DNA of 32,000 nucleotides from Pseudodesulfovibrio mercurii (GTDB lineage Bacteria > Desulfobacterota > Desulfovibrionia > Desulfovibrionales > Desulfovibrionaceae), in the NCBI RefSeq assembly GCF_000189295.2, contig NC_016803.1:2550001-2582000 (forward strand), read 5' to 3'. Shown here piece by piece: positions 23,648 through 30,689 of this stretch (position 1 is its first letter; the number at the start of each line of letters is the position of its first letter). Below the pieces are notes generated by a model, which was not told the DNA's origin, ran no database searches, and was given only the letters and a program-made list of their open reading frames with translations. The position numbers and the translations under genes are program-made.

Positions 23648-25057
23648 TCACATGGCTTCGCGCCGCTTGACCAGGATCTCCTCGGTGCCCTTGTAGGCCG
23701 CGTAGTACATCTGGACGTGGGCCACGTAGCCCGTGGTCTCCCGGCCGATCATGTCGAACGCGGCCCATTCGCAGTTGCCGAACCAGCGCTTGGGGTCGAG
23801 GCCCATCTCGGCGGCCCGCTTGCGCACCTGCATGATCCGGGCGGGACCCGCGTTGTAGGCGGCCAGGGCGAAGTCCATCCTGGCCGACGGGGCCACGTCC
23901 AGAAAATAGTTGTCCACCAGGAAGCGCAGGTATTTGACCCCGGCGTGGATATTGTTCTCCAGGGTGTAGACATCCTTGATGCCCACCTGGGGCCCGGCCG
24001 CCGTGGACGGCTTGATCTGCATGACCCCCACCGCGCCGGCCGCGCTCTTGCGGTTCATGTCGAAGCGCGACTCCTGGTAGGCCAGGGCCGCGATCTTGAG
24101 CCAGTCGAAGTCGTACATCTCGGCGTACTTCTGGAAGAGCTTGGCCATGCTCCGAAGCTTGCCGATCTCCACCTGGGTGGTCGGGTCGGTGACGAAGTCG
24201 TCGTTCTCGTAGTAGCGCTTGAAGAGCATGTTCCCGAGCAAGGTGCCCTGGCGCACGGTGGCCGCGAACTCGGACAGGCTCCGGCGCAGTTCGGGGCAGT
24301 TCTTGCGCACGGCCCAGGCCAGCCTGCCGTCCCGGTGGATGGCCGCGTCGGGGTAGAGACGCAGCTTGGGGTAGACCTTTTGCCACAGGTCGGCCAGAAA
24401 GTTGTCGGCCACGGTGTAGGGGATCATGCCCCGGGCGGCCATTTCCAGGAGGTCCTCGGTGGCCAGGTACGGGTCCGCGTCCGTGACGCGCGCGGGCGCG
24501 CGCTTCCTTTTCTTGAGGCCCGCGTTCAGGTCGGCCAGATGCTCGGCGTAGCTCGACCCCGCCAGCACGGTGAGCCTGCGGCCGGACAGGGCGTCGGCGT
24601 CGGCCACGGCCGCGCTCCTGGGGCCGCCGACCACGATCTCGTTGACCCCGGTGCGGTAGGGCGTGGCGAAGTCCGCCACCCGGCTGCGTTCCTCTGTCAC
24701 GGTCAGGGCCGCGGCCGCGATGTCGCCACGGCCGTCCAGGAGGGCCGGGAACAGCTCCTTCATGGGCACGGGCACGAAGACCAGCCGGACCAGCTCCTTC
24801 TTGTAGGTCTTGGCCAGGTGCTCCTCGTAGGCGCGCATCATGTCCGCCTCAAGACCGCGCATGGCCCCTTCCTTCATGAAGAAATTGGTCCGGTTGTAGA
24901 CCACCAGCACGCGGATGGGCCGGTGGTTCTCGATGATCTGGGGCAGGTCGCCCTTCCAGGTCTGGCGCACCCGGTCCGGTCCGGCGCCGCGCGCCGGACA
25001 GATGGACACGATCACGGCCAGGCAGGCCAGGAGACAGGTTCGGAATAACCGGTTCAT
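23648..25057 (-). CDS. mltF: MltF-like membrane-bound lytic murein transglycosylase (SBP-3 domain + SLT domain)
   Basis: The start is at MNRLFRTCLLACLAVIV (ATG 25057). An SBP-3-like N-domain is followed by the SLT catalytic block AYQESRFD...SAAGAVGVMQI...AAYNAGP. The 5' two-fifths of the 801-aa track ORF is a shadow frame over the upstream gene. Confidence 0.9.
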   Translation of the reverse strand: MNRLFRTCLLACLAVIVSICPARGAGPDRVRQTWKGDLPQIIENHRPIRVLVVYNRTNFFMKEGAMRGLEADMMRAYEEHLAKTYKKELVRLVFVPVPMKELFPALLDGRGDIAAAALTVTEERSRVADFATPYRTGVNEIVVGGPRSAAVADADALSGRRLTVLAGSSYAEHLADLNAGLKKRKRAPARVTDADPYLATEDLLEMAARGMIPYTVADNFLADLWQKVYPKLRLYPDAAIHRDGRLAWAVRKNCPELRRSLSEFAATVRQGTLLGNMLFKRYYENDDFVTDPTTQVEIGKLRSMAKLFQKYAEMYDFDWLKIAALAYQESRFDMNRKSAAGAVGVMQIKPSTAAGPQVGIKDVYTLENNIHAGVKYLRFLVDNYFLDVAPSARMDFALAAYNAGPARIMQVRKRAAEMGLDPKRWFGNCEWAAFDMIGRETTGYVAHVQMYYAAYKGTEEILVKRREAM

Positions 25058-26694
25058 GGCGTCGCTCCGTGCTTGATGATGACCAGGGTGACGTCGTCCG
25101 CGAGCCCGGCCTTGCCGGTGAAGTCGCGGACCGCCTCGAAGACCGCGTCCAGGATCGCCTGGGCCCGGTCGCGGGCCCGCCTGCGCAGGACCGCCTTGAA
25201 GCGCGCCTTGCCGAACATCTCGCCACGGGCGTTGCGTGCCTCCCATATGCCGTCCGTGCCGATGGCGATGAGCTGGCCGGGCAGCAGCTCGCCCGATTCC
25301 TCGCGGTAGCGGGTTTCGCGCAGGACCCCCAGGGGCAGCCCGGCCTCGGCCCCCAGTTCGGTGAAGGCGTCGTGGACCGGGCAGTAGATGAGCGCCGGGT
25401 CGTGGCCCGCCCGGACCCACTGGGCCTTGGCCCCGGCCGCGTCCAGGCGCAGGAAGAAGAGGGTCATGAACCGGCCCGAGCCGTACAGGTCCTCGGCCAG
25501 GTGGCGGTTCATCTCGGTGACGATCTGGTCGGGGCTGCCGGGCTGGCCCGCGCGCATGCGCAGGAATCCCCGGGCCGTGGTCATGAGCAGGGCCGCGTCC
25601 ACGCCGTGGCCCGAGATGTCGCCCACGGCCACGGACAGCACCGGGCGGTCCGGGTCCGGCTCCTCGAAGTAGTCGAAATAGTCGCCGCCCGTCAGCTCGC
25701 TGGGCACGGACCGTCCGGCCACGTCCAGGCCGGGGATGCGCGGGGCGGTGCGCGGCAGGAGGCTCTTCTGGACCTCGGCGGCCAGGTTCAGGGCCTTTTT
25801 CTGCTCGGTCAGGTCGGCCACGAAGGCCACGTGTCCCAGGAACCCGCCGTCCGCGTCGAGCAGGGTGTTGGCGTTGACCAGGACCGGCACGGCATGGCCG
25901 TCGCGGTGGACCATGGCCCCTTCGAAGCGCTGCTGGACCCCGTCCCTCGGGTGTTCGGAGTTGGACTCCAGGAACCGCTGGTAGGCCAGGGTGGCGAAGT
26001 CGTGGGGCCGTTTGCCGACCAGCTCCTCGCGGTCGAAGCCGAGCATGCGGCAATAGGCGTCGTTGACCTCGCGCAGGACCAGGTCCCGGTCCATGAGCAG
26101 GTACCCCTCGGCCGCGCCCTCGATGGTCCGGCGGAACTTGAACTCGCTGGCCTCAAGGGCCTCCTGGGCCCGTTTGTTGGCGGTCACGTCCACCAGCACG
26201 CCCTGGTTGTAGATGCGCCGTCCGTCGGCGTCGCGGACCACCGAGGTCTTGTCCGAGACCCAGCGGGTCTCGCCGTCCGCCGTGACGATGCGGTATTCCT
26301 GGGCGTACTCCTCCACGTTCCGGGCCCGGCACTCCTCGATCTCGTCGCCCATGCGCGTCTTGTCCGCCGGGTGGACGATCTCCTCGAACGTCCGGCCGCC
26401 GGACAGGAAGTCCGTTGCGGAGTAGCCCCACTGGCGGATGTTTTCGGAGATGTAGACCAGAGTGTTGGGGGGATCGGCCAGCCGCCGGAAGACCACGGCC
26501 GGGGAATTCTCGACGATGACGTTGACCAGGCCCACGGTCTCGCGGGCCTCGCGCAACTGCTCGATCTCCACCTCCATGGCCGACCCGCAGGCCGCCTCGT
26601 CCGCGCGGTTCTCGCGGCAGTGCTTCAGCTGCGCGCGCAACCGTCCGATCTCGTCGATCAGTTCCTGCGGCGACTTGGCGGATGGTTCGGCCAT
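25054..26694 (-). CDS. PAS-PAS-PP2C (SpoIIE/RsbU-type) serine phosphatase
   Basis: The start is at MAEPSAKS (ATG 26694, AGGAG SD). It has an N-terminal coiled coil, two PAS-like blocks (..ENSPAVVFRR...EYRIVTADGETRWV.. and ..GYLLMDRDL...HRDGHAVPVLVN..), and SpoIIE motifs GGDYFDYF, VGDISGHGVDAAL, TDGIWEA. Its stop TGA overlaps the mltF ATG (ATGA). Confidence 0.88.
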   Translation of the reverse strand: MAEPSAKSPQELIDEIGRLRAQLKHCRENRADEAACGSAMEVEIEQLREARETVGLVNVIVENSPAVVFRRLADPPNTLVYISENIRQWGYSATDFLSGGRTFEEIVHPADKTRMGDEIEECRARNVEEYAQEYRIVTADGETRWVSDKTSVVRDADGRRIYNQGVLVDVTANKRAQEALEASEFKFRRTIEGAAEGYLLMDRDLVLREVNDAYCRMLGFDREELVGKRPHDFATLAYQRFLESNSEHPRDGVQQRFEGAMVHRDGHAVPVLVNANTLLDADGGFLGHVAFVADLTEQKKALNLAAEVQKSLLPRTAPRIPGLDVAGRSVPSELTGGDYFDYFEEPDPDRPVLSVAVGDISGHGVDAALLMTTARGFLRMRAGQPGSPDQIVTEMNRHLAEDLYGSGRFMTLFFLRLDAAGAKAQWVRAGHDPALIYCPVHDAFTELGAEAGLPLGVLRETRYREESGELLPGQLIAIGTDGIWEARNARGEMFGKARFKAVLRRRARDRAQAILDAVFEAVRDFTGKAGLADDVTLVIIKHGATP

Positions 26695-26792
26695 GGGACT
26701 CCTGGGCAAGGGATCGCGTTTCCGGCAAAGGCCGGAGCCATGCAGTTTTTCTACCTTTTCGGCCGAATTATGGCAACCGTGCAGATTGGGTG

Positions 26793-26821
26793 TTGACAAA
26801 GGTCGATTGTTCAGTAATGAT
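26793..26821 (+). promoter_or_regulatory. Candidate sigma70 promoter TTGACA-N17-AATGAT for the small wHTH ORF
   Basis: TTGACA is at 26793-26798. The -10-like AATGAT is at 26816-26821. A short inverted repeat GTAAT-N7-ATTAC (26814-26830) overlaps it. Confidence 0.35.
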
Positions 26822-26856
26822 TCCTATTACCAACTCAAGCAAACGGGAGCATTTCG

Positions 26857-27027
26857 ATGAAAGATACGGTGTTGAAAGCGATGCGCGAAGCGGGCGGGCC
26901 GGTGCGGCCCGGCGACCTGGCCAAGGTCCTCGGCGTGGACGGCAAGGAAGTCTCGAAGGCCATCAAGATTCTCAAGGAAGAAGGGAGCGTGGTCTCGCCC
27001 AAGCGGTGCTACTACGAACCCGCCTAG
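26857..27027 (+). CDS. Small (56 aa) winged-helix DNA-binding protein, absent from the supplied ORF track
   Basis: The product is MKDTVLKAMREAGGPVRPGDLAKVLGVDGKEVSKAIKILKEEGSVVSPKRCYYEPA. A GGGAG SD lies 7-9 nt upstream, GC3 is high, and a hairpin terminator follows. The HTH-plus-wing pattern (..GDLAKVLGVDGKEVSKAIKILKEEG..) is MarR/wHTH-like. Confidence 0.6.
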   Translation: MKDTVLKAMREAGGPVRPGDLAKVLGVDGKEVSKAIKILKEEGSVVSPKRCYYEPA

Positions 27028-27065
27028 ATTACCGAAAGTCACACATACCTTACCTCCTCCTAGTG

Positions 27066-27100
27066 AAGTCCCCGGTCTCCGCCCCCGAGACCGGGGCTTC
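27066..27100 (+). terminator. Hairpin downstream of the small wHTH ORF
   Basis: A perfect 10-bp stem ccccggtctc / gagaccgggg (27070-27079 / 27087-27096) has loop cgccccc, and the gaag/cttc flanks extend the stem. The T tail (cttcatgttt) is weak. Confidence 0.5.
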
Positions 27101-27123
27101 ATGTTTGCGGGGCAGGGGAGCGA

Positions 27124-27163
27124 CACAAAAAAAGGCCCTCCCGCAGTGCGCGGGAGGGCCTTT
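27124..27163 (-). terminator. Rho-independent terminator of the five-gene minus-strand operon
   Basis: The stem aaaggccctcccgc / gcgggagggccttt (27131-27144 / 27150-27163) is followed on the minus strand by a run of T (complement of acaaaaaaa). Confidence 0.8.
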
Positions 27164-27182
27164 CAATGCATATATCCGCCGG

Positions 27183-27542
27183 TCAGATGCCGGACATCCT
27201 CCTGGCCAGCTCGACGCCGTCCGCCGGGGTGGGGTCCGGGGGCAGGGGCATGAGCACGCCGTAGCCCTCGGCCTCCTCGTGGAACTCCTCCTCGGCCATG
27301 GCGGTGATCACGGCGGTCAGGGTCATGGCCGAGACCATCATGATCTCGCGCACCAGGTCGAGGGGCTTGTGGTCGGGCAGTCCCTCGTCGACGACCACCA
27401 GTGCCGGGGCCTTGGCGGCCACCCATTCCAGGGTCACGGCCCCGGAGGGGGCCACGGCCACGTCCTGTCCGGTGGCGTCGGCCAGGGCCTTGGTGAACCC
27501 GGCCAGGGCTTCCGGGCGGGCGGTTGCCAGCACGATGGACAT
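27183..27542 (-). CDS. Hypothetical protein with a degenerate CheY-like receiver pattern
   Basis: The 119-aa product starts 1 nt after the upstream stop. The pattern IVLATA...ALVVVDEGLPDHKPLDLVREIM...LTAVITAM...GVLMPLP resembles receiver strands b1, b3, b4 and b5. It lacks the N-terminal acidic pair and the conserved Lys. Confidence 0.55.
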   Translation of the reverse strand: MSIVLATARPEALAGFTKALADATGQDVAVAPSGAVTLEWVAAKAPALVVVDEGLPDHKPLDLVREIMMVSAMTLTAVITAMAEEEFHEEAEGYGVLMPLPPDPTPADGVELARRMSGI

Positions 27543-27543
27543 A

Positions 27544-27918
27544 TTAGTGCCCGCCGCCGCAGGTCTGGTCCACGGTGAAGACCGGCAGGGAGTCGCGCAG
27601 GAAGGCCTCCACGGCCACGCTCACGGTGGGCGCGCCCTGGCCGTGATAGACCTGGATGCCGACCTGGTTGAAGCCCATGAGCGGGCGCATGCCCATGCCG
27701 CCGGAGATGAGGGCCTTGACCTTGTTGTCGGCCAGGTAGTTCACCGGGGCCATGCAGCCGCCCTGCACGTGCGGGCAGCTCGGGACCACTGAGACCTCTT
27801 TCACGGCCCCGTCCTCCACGTCCACCAGGGTGTACATGGCGCAGTGCCCGAAGTGGGCGTCAATGGAGGCATCCATGCCGCCGGGGGCGGCGGAGGGGAT
27901 GGCAATACGTGTATTCAT
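27544..27918 (-). CDS. NifB/NifX-family (dinitrogenase FeMo-cofactor-binding domain) protein, stand-alone
   Basis: AAGGAG lies 9 nt upstream of the ATG at 27918 (MNTRIAIPS). The sequence HFGHCAMYTLVDV...VKALISGGMGMRPLMGFNQVGIQVY is typical of the family. The track start at 27924 is a TTG. Confidence 0.85.
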   Translation of the reverse strand: MNTRIAIPSAAPGGMDASIDAHFGHCAMYTLVDVEDGAVKEVSVVPSCPHVQGGCMAPVNYLADNKVKALISGGMGMRPLMGFNQVGIQVYHGQGAPTVSVAVEAFLRDSLPVFTVDQTCGGGH

Positions 27919-27942
27919 CGTCAAAAACTCCTTGTAAAGCGG

Positions 27943-28821
27943 TTAATTGCATGTATCCAGAAGGGCCAGGACCCCGGCCCAGGATGCGTTGATGATGCGC
28001 GAGAGTTCCGCGTTGTCCGTCTCGGTCACGACCTTGCGTTCGAGCATGGCGTCGACCACGGCCCGGTCGTGGGGGAAGCGCCCGACCAGGGTGTAGCCCC
28101 GGCCCGTGCTCCACCGCTCGATTTCCTCGGTCATGGCCGGGTTGATGTCCCACTTGTTGACCAGCACGGCCACCTTGGTGCGGAACCGCTCGCAGAGCTC
28201 GGCCACGCGCTTGAGGTCGTGCAGGCCCGACGGGGTGGGCTCGGTGACGATCACGGCCACGTCGGTCCCGGCCATGGAGCTGATCACCGGGCAGCCGATG
28301 CCGGGCGTGCCGTCGCACAGGACCAGGTCCAGGCCCTGTTCCTCGGCCATGGCCCGGCCCTTCTGCTTGAGCAGGGTGACCAGGCGGCCGGAGTTCTCCT
28401 CGCCGGGGAAGAGCTGGGCGTGGACCATGGGCCCGAACCGGGTGTCGGACACGTACCACTGGCCGCAGTGCTTTTCCGGGAAGTCGATGGCCTTTTCCGG
28501 GCACAGGGCCACGCAGACCTTGCACCCCTCGCAGGCCAGGGAGTTCACGCGATAGACGTCGCCGTCCTCGCGCACGGCGTCGAACCTGCACAGCTCGGCG
28601 CACTGGCCGCAGCCGATGCAGCGCTCGGGGTCGATGACCGCCTCGTGCCCGGAGTAGAAGGATTCCTCGGACTGGACCTGCGGATCGAGCAGCAGGTGCA
28701 GGTCCGGGGCGTCCACGTCCAGGTCGCAGAGGATGGCCTTGTCCGCCAGGTGGGCGAAGGCCCCGCACATGGATGTCTTGCCCGCGCCGCCCTTGCCGCT
28801 GATGACCACTATTTCGCGCAT
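27943..28821 (-). CDS. MinD/ParA-type P-loop ATPase with a 2x[4Fe-4S] ferredoxin insert, paralog B
   Basis: AGGAGG SD. The protein has a deviant Walker A ISGKGGAGKTS, two CxxCxxCxxxC(P) motifs (CIGCGQCAELC, CEGCKVCVALCP), and the conserved motif DGTPGIGCPVI. Confidence 0.88.
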   Translation of the reverse strand: MREIVVISGKGGAGKTSMCGAFAHLADKAILCDLDVDAPDLHLLLDPQVQSEESFYSGHEAVIDPERCIGCGQCAELCRFDAVREDGDVYRVNSLACEGCKVCVALCPEKAIDFPEKHCGQWYVSDTRFGPMVHAQLFPGEENSGRLVTLLKQKGRAMAEEQGLDLVLCDGTPGIGCPVISSMAGTDVAVIVTEPTPSGLHDLKRVAELCERFRTKVAVLVNKWDINPAMTEEIERWSTGRGYTLVGRFPHDRAVVDAMLERKVVTETDNAELSRIINASWAGVLALLDTCN

Positions 28822-29675
28822 GCGTCACCTCCTGCTGCCGCGGCGCGCATGTGTTCGCGCAGCCGGGTGAAGGTCTGTTCCAGACCGCTCAGGGCCCCGG
28901 CCACGATCTCGCCGCGCGAGTAGGTCTCGGCGATGTCCCGCGAATAGGGGATCTCGGCCCAGACCGGGATGAGGTTGTCCCGGCAGAAATCGCGCACCGC
29001 CGTATCGCCCAGGTCGGCCCGGTTGATGACCGCGCCCATGGGTTTCCCCAGGGGCTTGAAGGCCTCCCAGGCGAGCTTGAAATCGTGGAAGCCGAAGGGC
29101 GTGGGCTCGGTCACGAGGACGATGCAGTCCGCGTCGGTCACGGCCGCGATGGCCGGGCAACTCACGCCCGGAGGGGCGTCGATGAGGATGTCCCCCCTGG
29201 CCGAGAGTTCCGGGAAGAGGCGGCGCACCTGGCGCATGAGCGGCGGGCTCATGGCCTCGCCCACGCGCAGCCTGCCCATGACGAAGCCGTGCCGTCCGGC
29301 CGTGCCCCGGCAGATCTCGCCCAGCTCGCGGCGGCCCGGAAAGAGCGCGCCCTCCGGGCAGACGGCCAGGCAGCCGCCGCACCCGTGGCACATCTCCGGG
29401 AAGACGAGCAGGGTGTCGGCCATGACCGTGATGGCCTTGAACTGGCAGATGTCGGCGCAGGCGCGGCAGCGGGTGCACTTGGACTCGTCGGCCTCGGGGA
29501 CCTCGATGTACGCCTTGCGCACGTCGGTCAGGTCGGGCTTGAGGAAGAGGTGCAGGTTCGGCTCCTCCACGTCCAGGTCCACCAGGGTCGCGGGCCCGTC
29601 CCAAAGGGCGGCCAGGGACGAAGACACCGTGGTCTTGCCCGTGCCGCCCTTGCCGCTGGCGACGGCGTAGATCAC
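28809..29675 (-). CDS. MinD/ParA-type P-loop ATPase with a 2x[4Fe-4S] ferredoxin insert, paralog A
   Basis: The GTG start (29675) is preceded by GGAGG and overlaps the upstream stop (GTGA). The protein has Walker A ASGKGGTGKTT, the Cys motifs CTRCRACADIC and CHGCGGCLAVCP, and DAPPGVSCPAI. It overlaps paralog B by 13 nt. Confidence 0.88.
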   Translation of the reverse strand: MIYAVASGKGGTGKTTVSSSLAALWDGPATLVDLDVEEPNLHLFLKPDLTDVRKAYIEVPEADESKCTRCRACADICQFKAITVMADTLLVFPEMCHGCGGCLAVCPEGALFPGRRELGEICRGTAGRHGFVMGRLRVGEAMSPPLMRQVRRLFPELSARGDILIDAPPGVSCPAIAAVTDADCIVLVTEPTPFGFHDFKLAWEAFKPLGKPMGAVINRADLGDTAVRDFCRDNLIPVWAEIPYSRDIAETYSRGEIVAGALSGLEQTFTRLREHMRAAAAGGDACAK

Positions 29676-30628
29676 TTGTTGCCTCCGGCGGGCGCGTTGG
29701 CGGTGTCGGCCATGTCGACCTGGCCCGCCACGTACTTTTCGACCGCCTGGCGCACGGTCAGGTTGTCCACGTCCTGGCCGATGGCGATGCCCGCGGCCTG
29801 GAGGGCCGCAAAGGCCTTGGGCCCGACGTAGCCGGTCAACAGGACCGAGGCGCCCGCGTTGGCCACGTTCTCGGCGGCCTGGATGCCCGCGCCCTGGGCC
29901 ATGGCCTGGGAGCCGCCGTTGTCCACGTACTGGACCACGGTCATGGTTTCCGGGTCCACGATGGCGAAGCCCGCCGCCCGGCCGAAGCGCGGGTCCACGC
30001 GGTCATCCATGGTCGGTCCCTCGGTGGTCACTGCTATCTTGCTCATTGTCGTATCCTTGATTTGCTGTTGCGTTCCGGAGCCCTGTGCGGCTCCGCGACC
30101 CTGGCCCATGCCCTGTCCCTGGCCGCTCATGCCGCGACCCTGGCCCTGGCCCATGCCCTGGCCGCCCATGCCGCGGCCCTGTCCCATGCCTCGGCCCATG
30201 CCTCGGCCTCTGCCGCCCATGCATCGTCCGCCGCCCATTCCGCGCGGTCCGGTTCCGTCCATTCCCGGCATATTGTCGCCTCCAATGGTTTCGGACATCT
30301 CGTCCGGTAACAGTTTGGGGCACTCCCAGGCGTCCTCGGCCAGGGTGTAGTGGCCGCCGTCGATGCGGATGGCCATGCCCTCGGCCAGCGCCGTGGCCAC
30401 TATGTGCCGCGCCGCGCCGAGGACCCTGCCGAACGTGGCCCGGGAAACACCCATGGCCTGCGCGCCCTCCTCCTGGGTCAGCCCCTGCGCGTCGGCCAGC
30501 CGAAGCGCCTCGAGCTCCTCCAGGGTCAGGGTTGCGTTCTGCAATTCGAGCATGGGGATGCCCTGCGGCTTGTAGTATGTCGCGCCGGGTTCCCGCTGCA
30601 CGGTCCGCCTGATCTTTCGCCTTCCCAT
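29672..30628 (-). CDS. Triple-domain fusion: DUF134/UPF0251 HTH + DUF5320-like Gly/Met/Arg repeat + NifB/NifX-family domain
   Basis: The N-terminus MGRRKIRRTVQREPGATYYKPQGIPMLEL..LTLEELEALRLADAQGLTQEEGAQAMGVSRATFGRVL matches the DUF134 layout. Residues ~120-186, MPGMDGTGPRGMGGGRCMGGRGRGMGRGMGQGRGMGG..., are DUF5320-like. The C-terminus MSKIAVTTEG...DPRFGRAAGFAIVD...VLLTGYVGPKAFAALQAAGIAI is NifX-like. Confidence 0.82.
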   Translation of the reverse strand: MGRRKIRRTVQREPGATYYKPQGIPMLELQNATLTLEELEALRLADAQGLTQEEGAQAMGVSRATFGRVLGAARHIVATALAEGMAIRIDGGHYTLAEDAWECPKLLPDEMSETIGGDNMPGMDGTGPRGMGGGRCMGGRGRGMGRGMGQGRGMGGQGMGQGQGRGMSGQGQGMGQGRGAAQGSGTQQQIKDTTMSKIAVTTEGPTMDDRVDPRFGRAAGFAIVDPETMTVVQYVDNGGSQAMAQGAGIQAAENVANAGASVLLTGYVGPKAFAALQAAGIAIGQDVDNLTVRQAVEKYVAGQVDMADTANAPAGGNK

Positions 30629-30661
30629 CGGTCCTCACTGGTATGAACGGTTGCGCATATG

Positions 30662-30689
30662 AAGATACGCTCGGAAATCCCGGAGTCAA
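30662..30689 (-). promoter_or_regulatory. Candidate sigma70 promoter TTGACT-N16-TATCTT for the five-gene operon
   Basis: On the minus strand, TTGACT is the complement of 30684-30689 and TATCTT the complement of 30662-30667. This is about 30 nt upstream of the GAGGA SD and the ATG at 30628. Confidence 0.45.

Noticed and set aside
25058-26053. N-terminal 332-codon extension of the MltF ORF (801-aa track model)
   Set aside because: The extension is an alternative frame across the PAS-PP2C gene and is Arg/Pro/Gly-rich. The MltF signal peptide and family similarity begin at the ATG at 25057, which overlaps the upstream stop.
30071-30271. Degenerate short DNA repeats (ggcccatgcc-like) considered as a CRISPR, VNTR or non-coding repeat
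   Set aside because: The repeats are in frame inside a continuous ORF, with coherent protein domains on both sides. There is no spacer-repeat regularity. They reflect Gly/Met/Arg-rich coding sequence.
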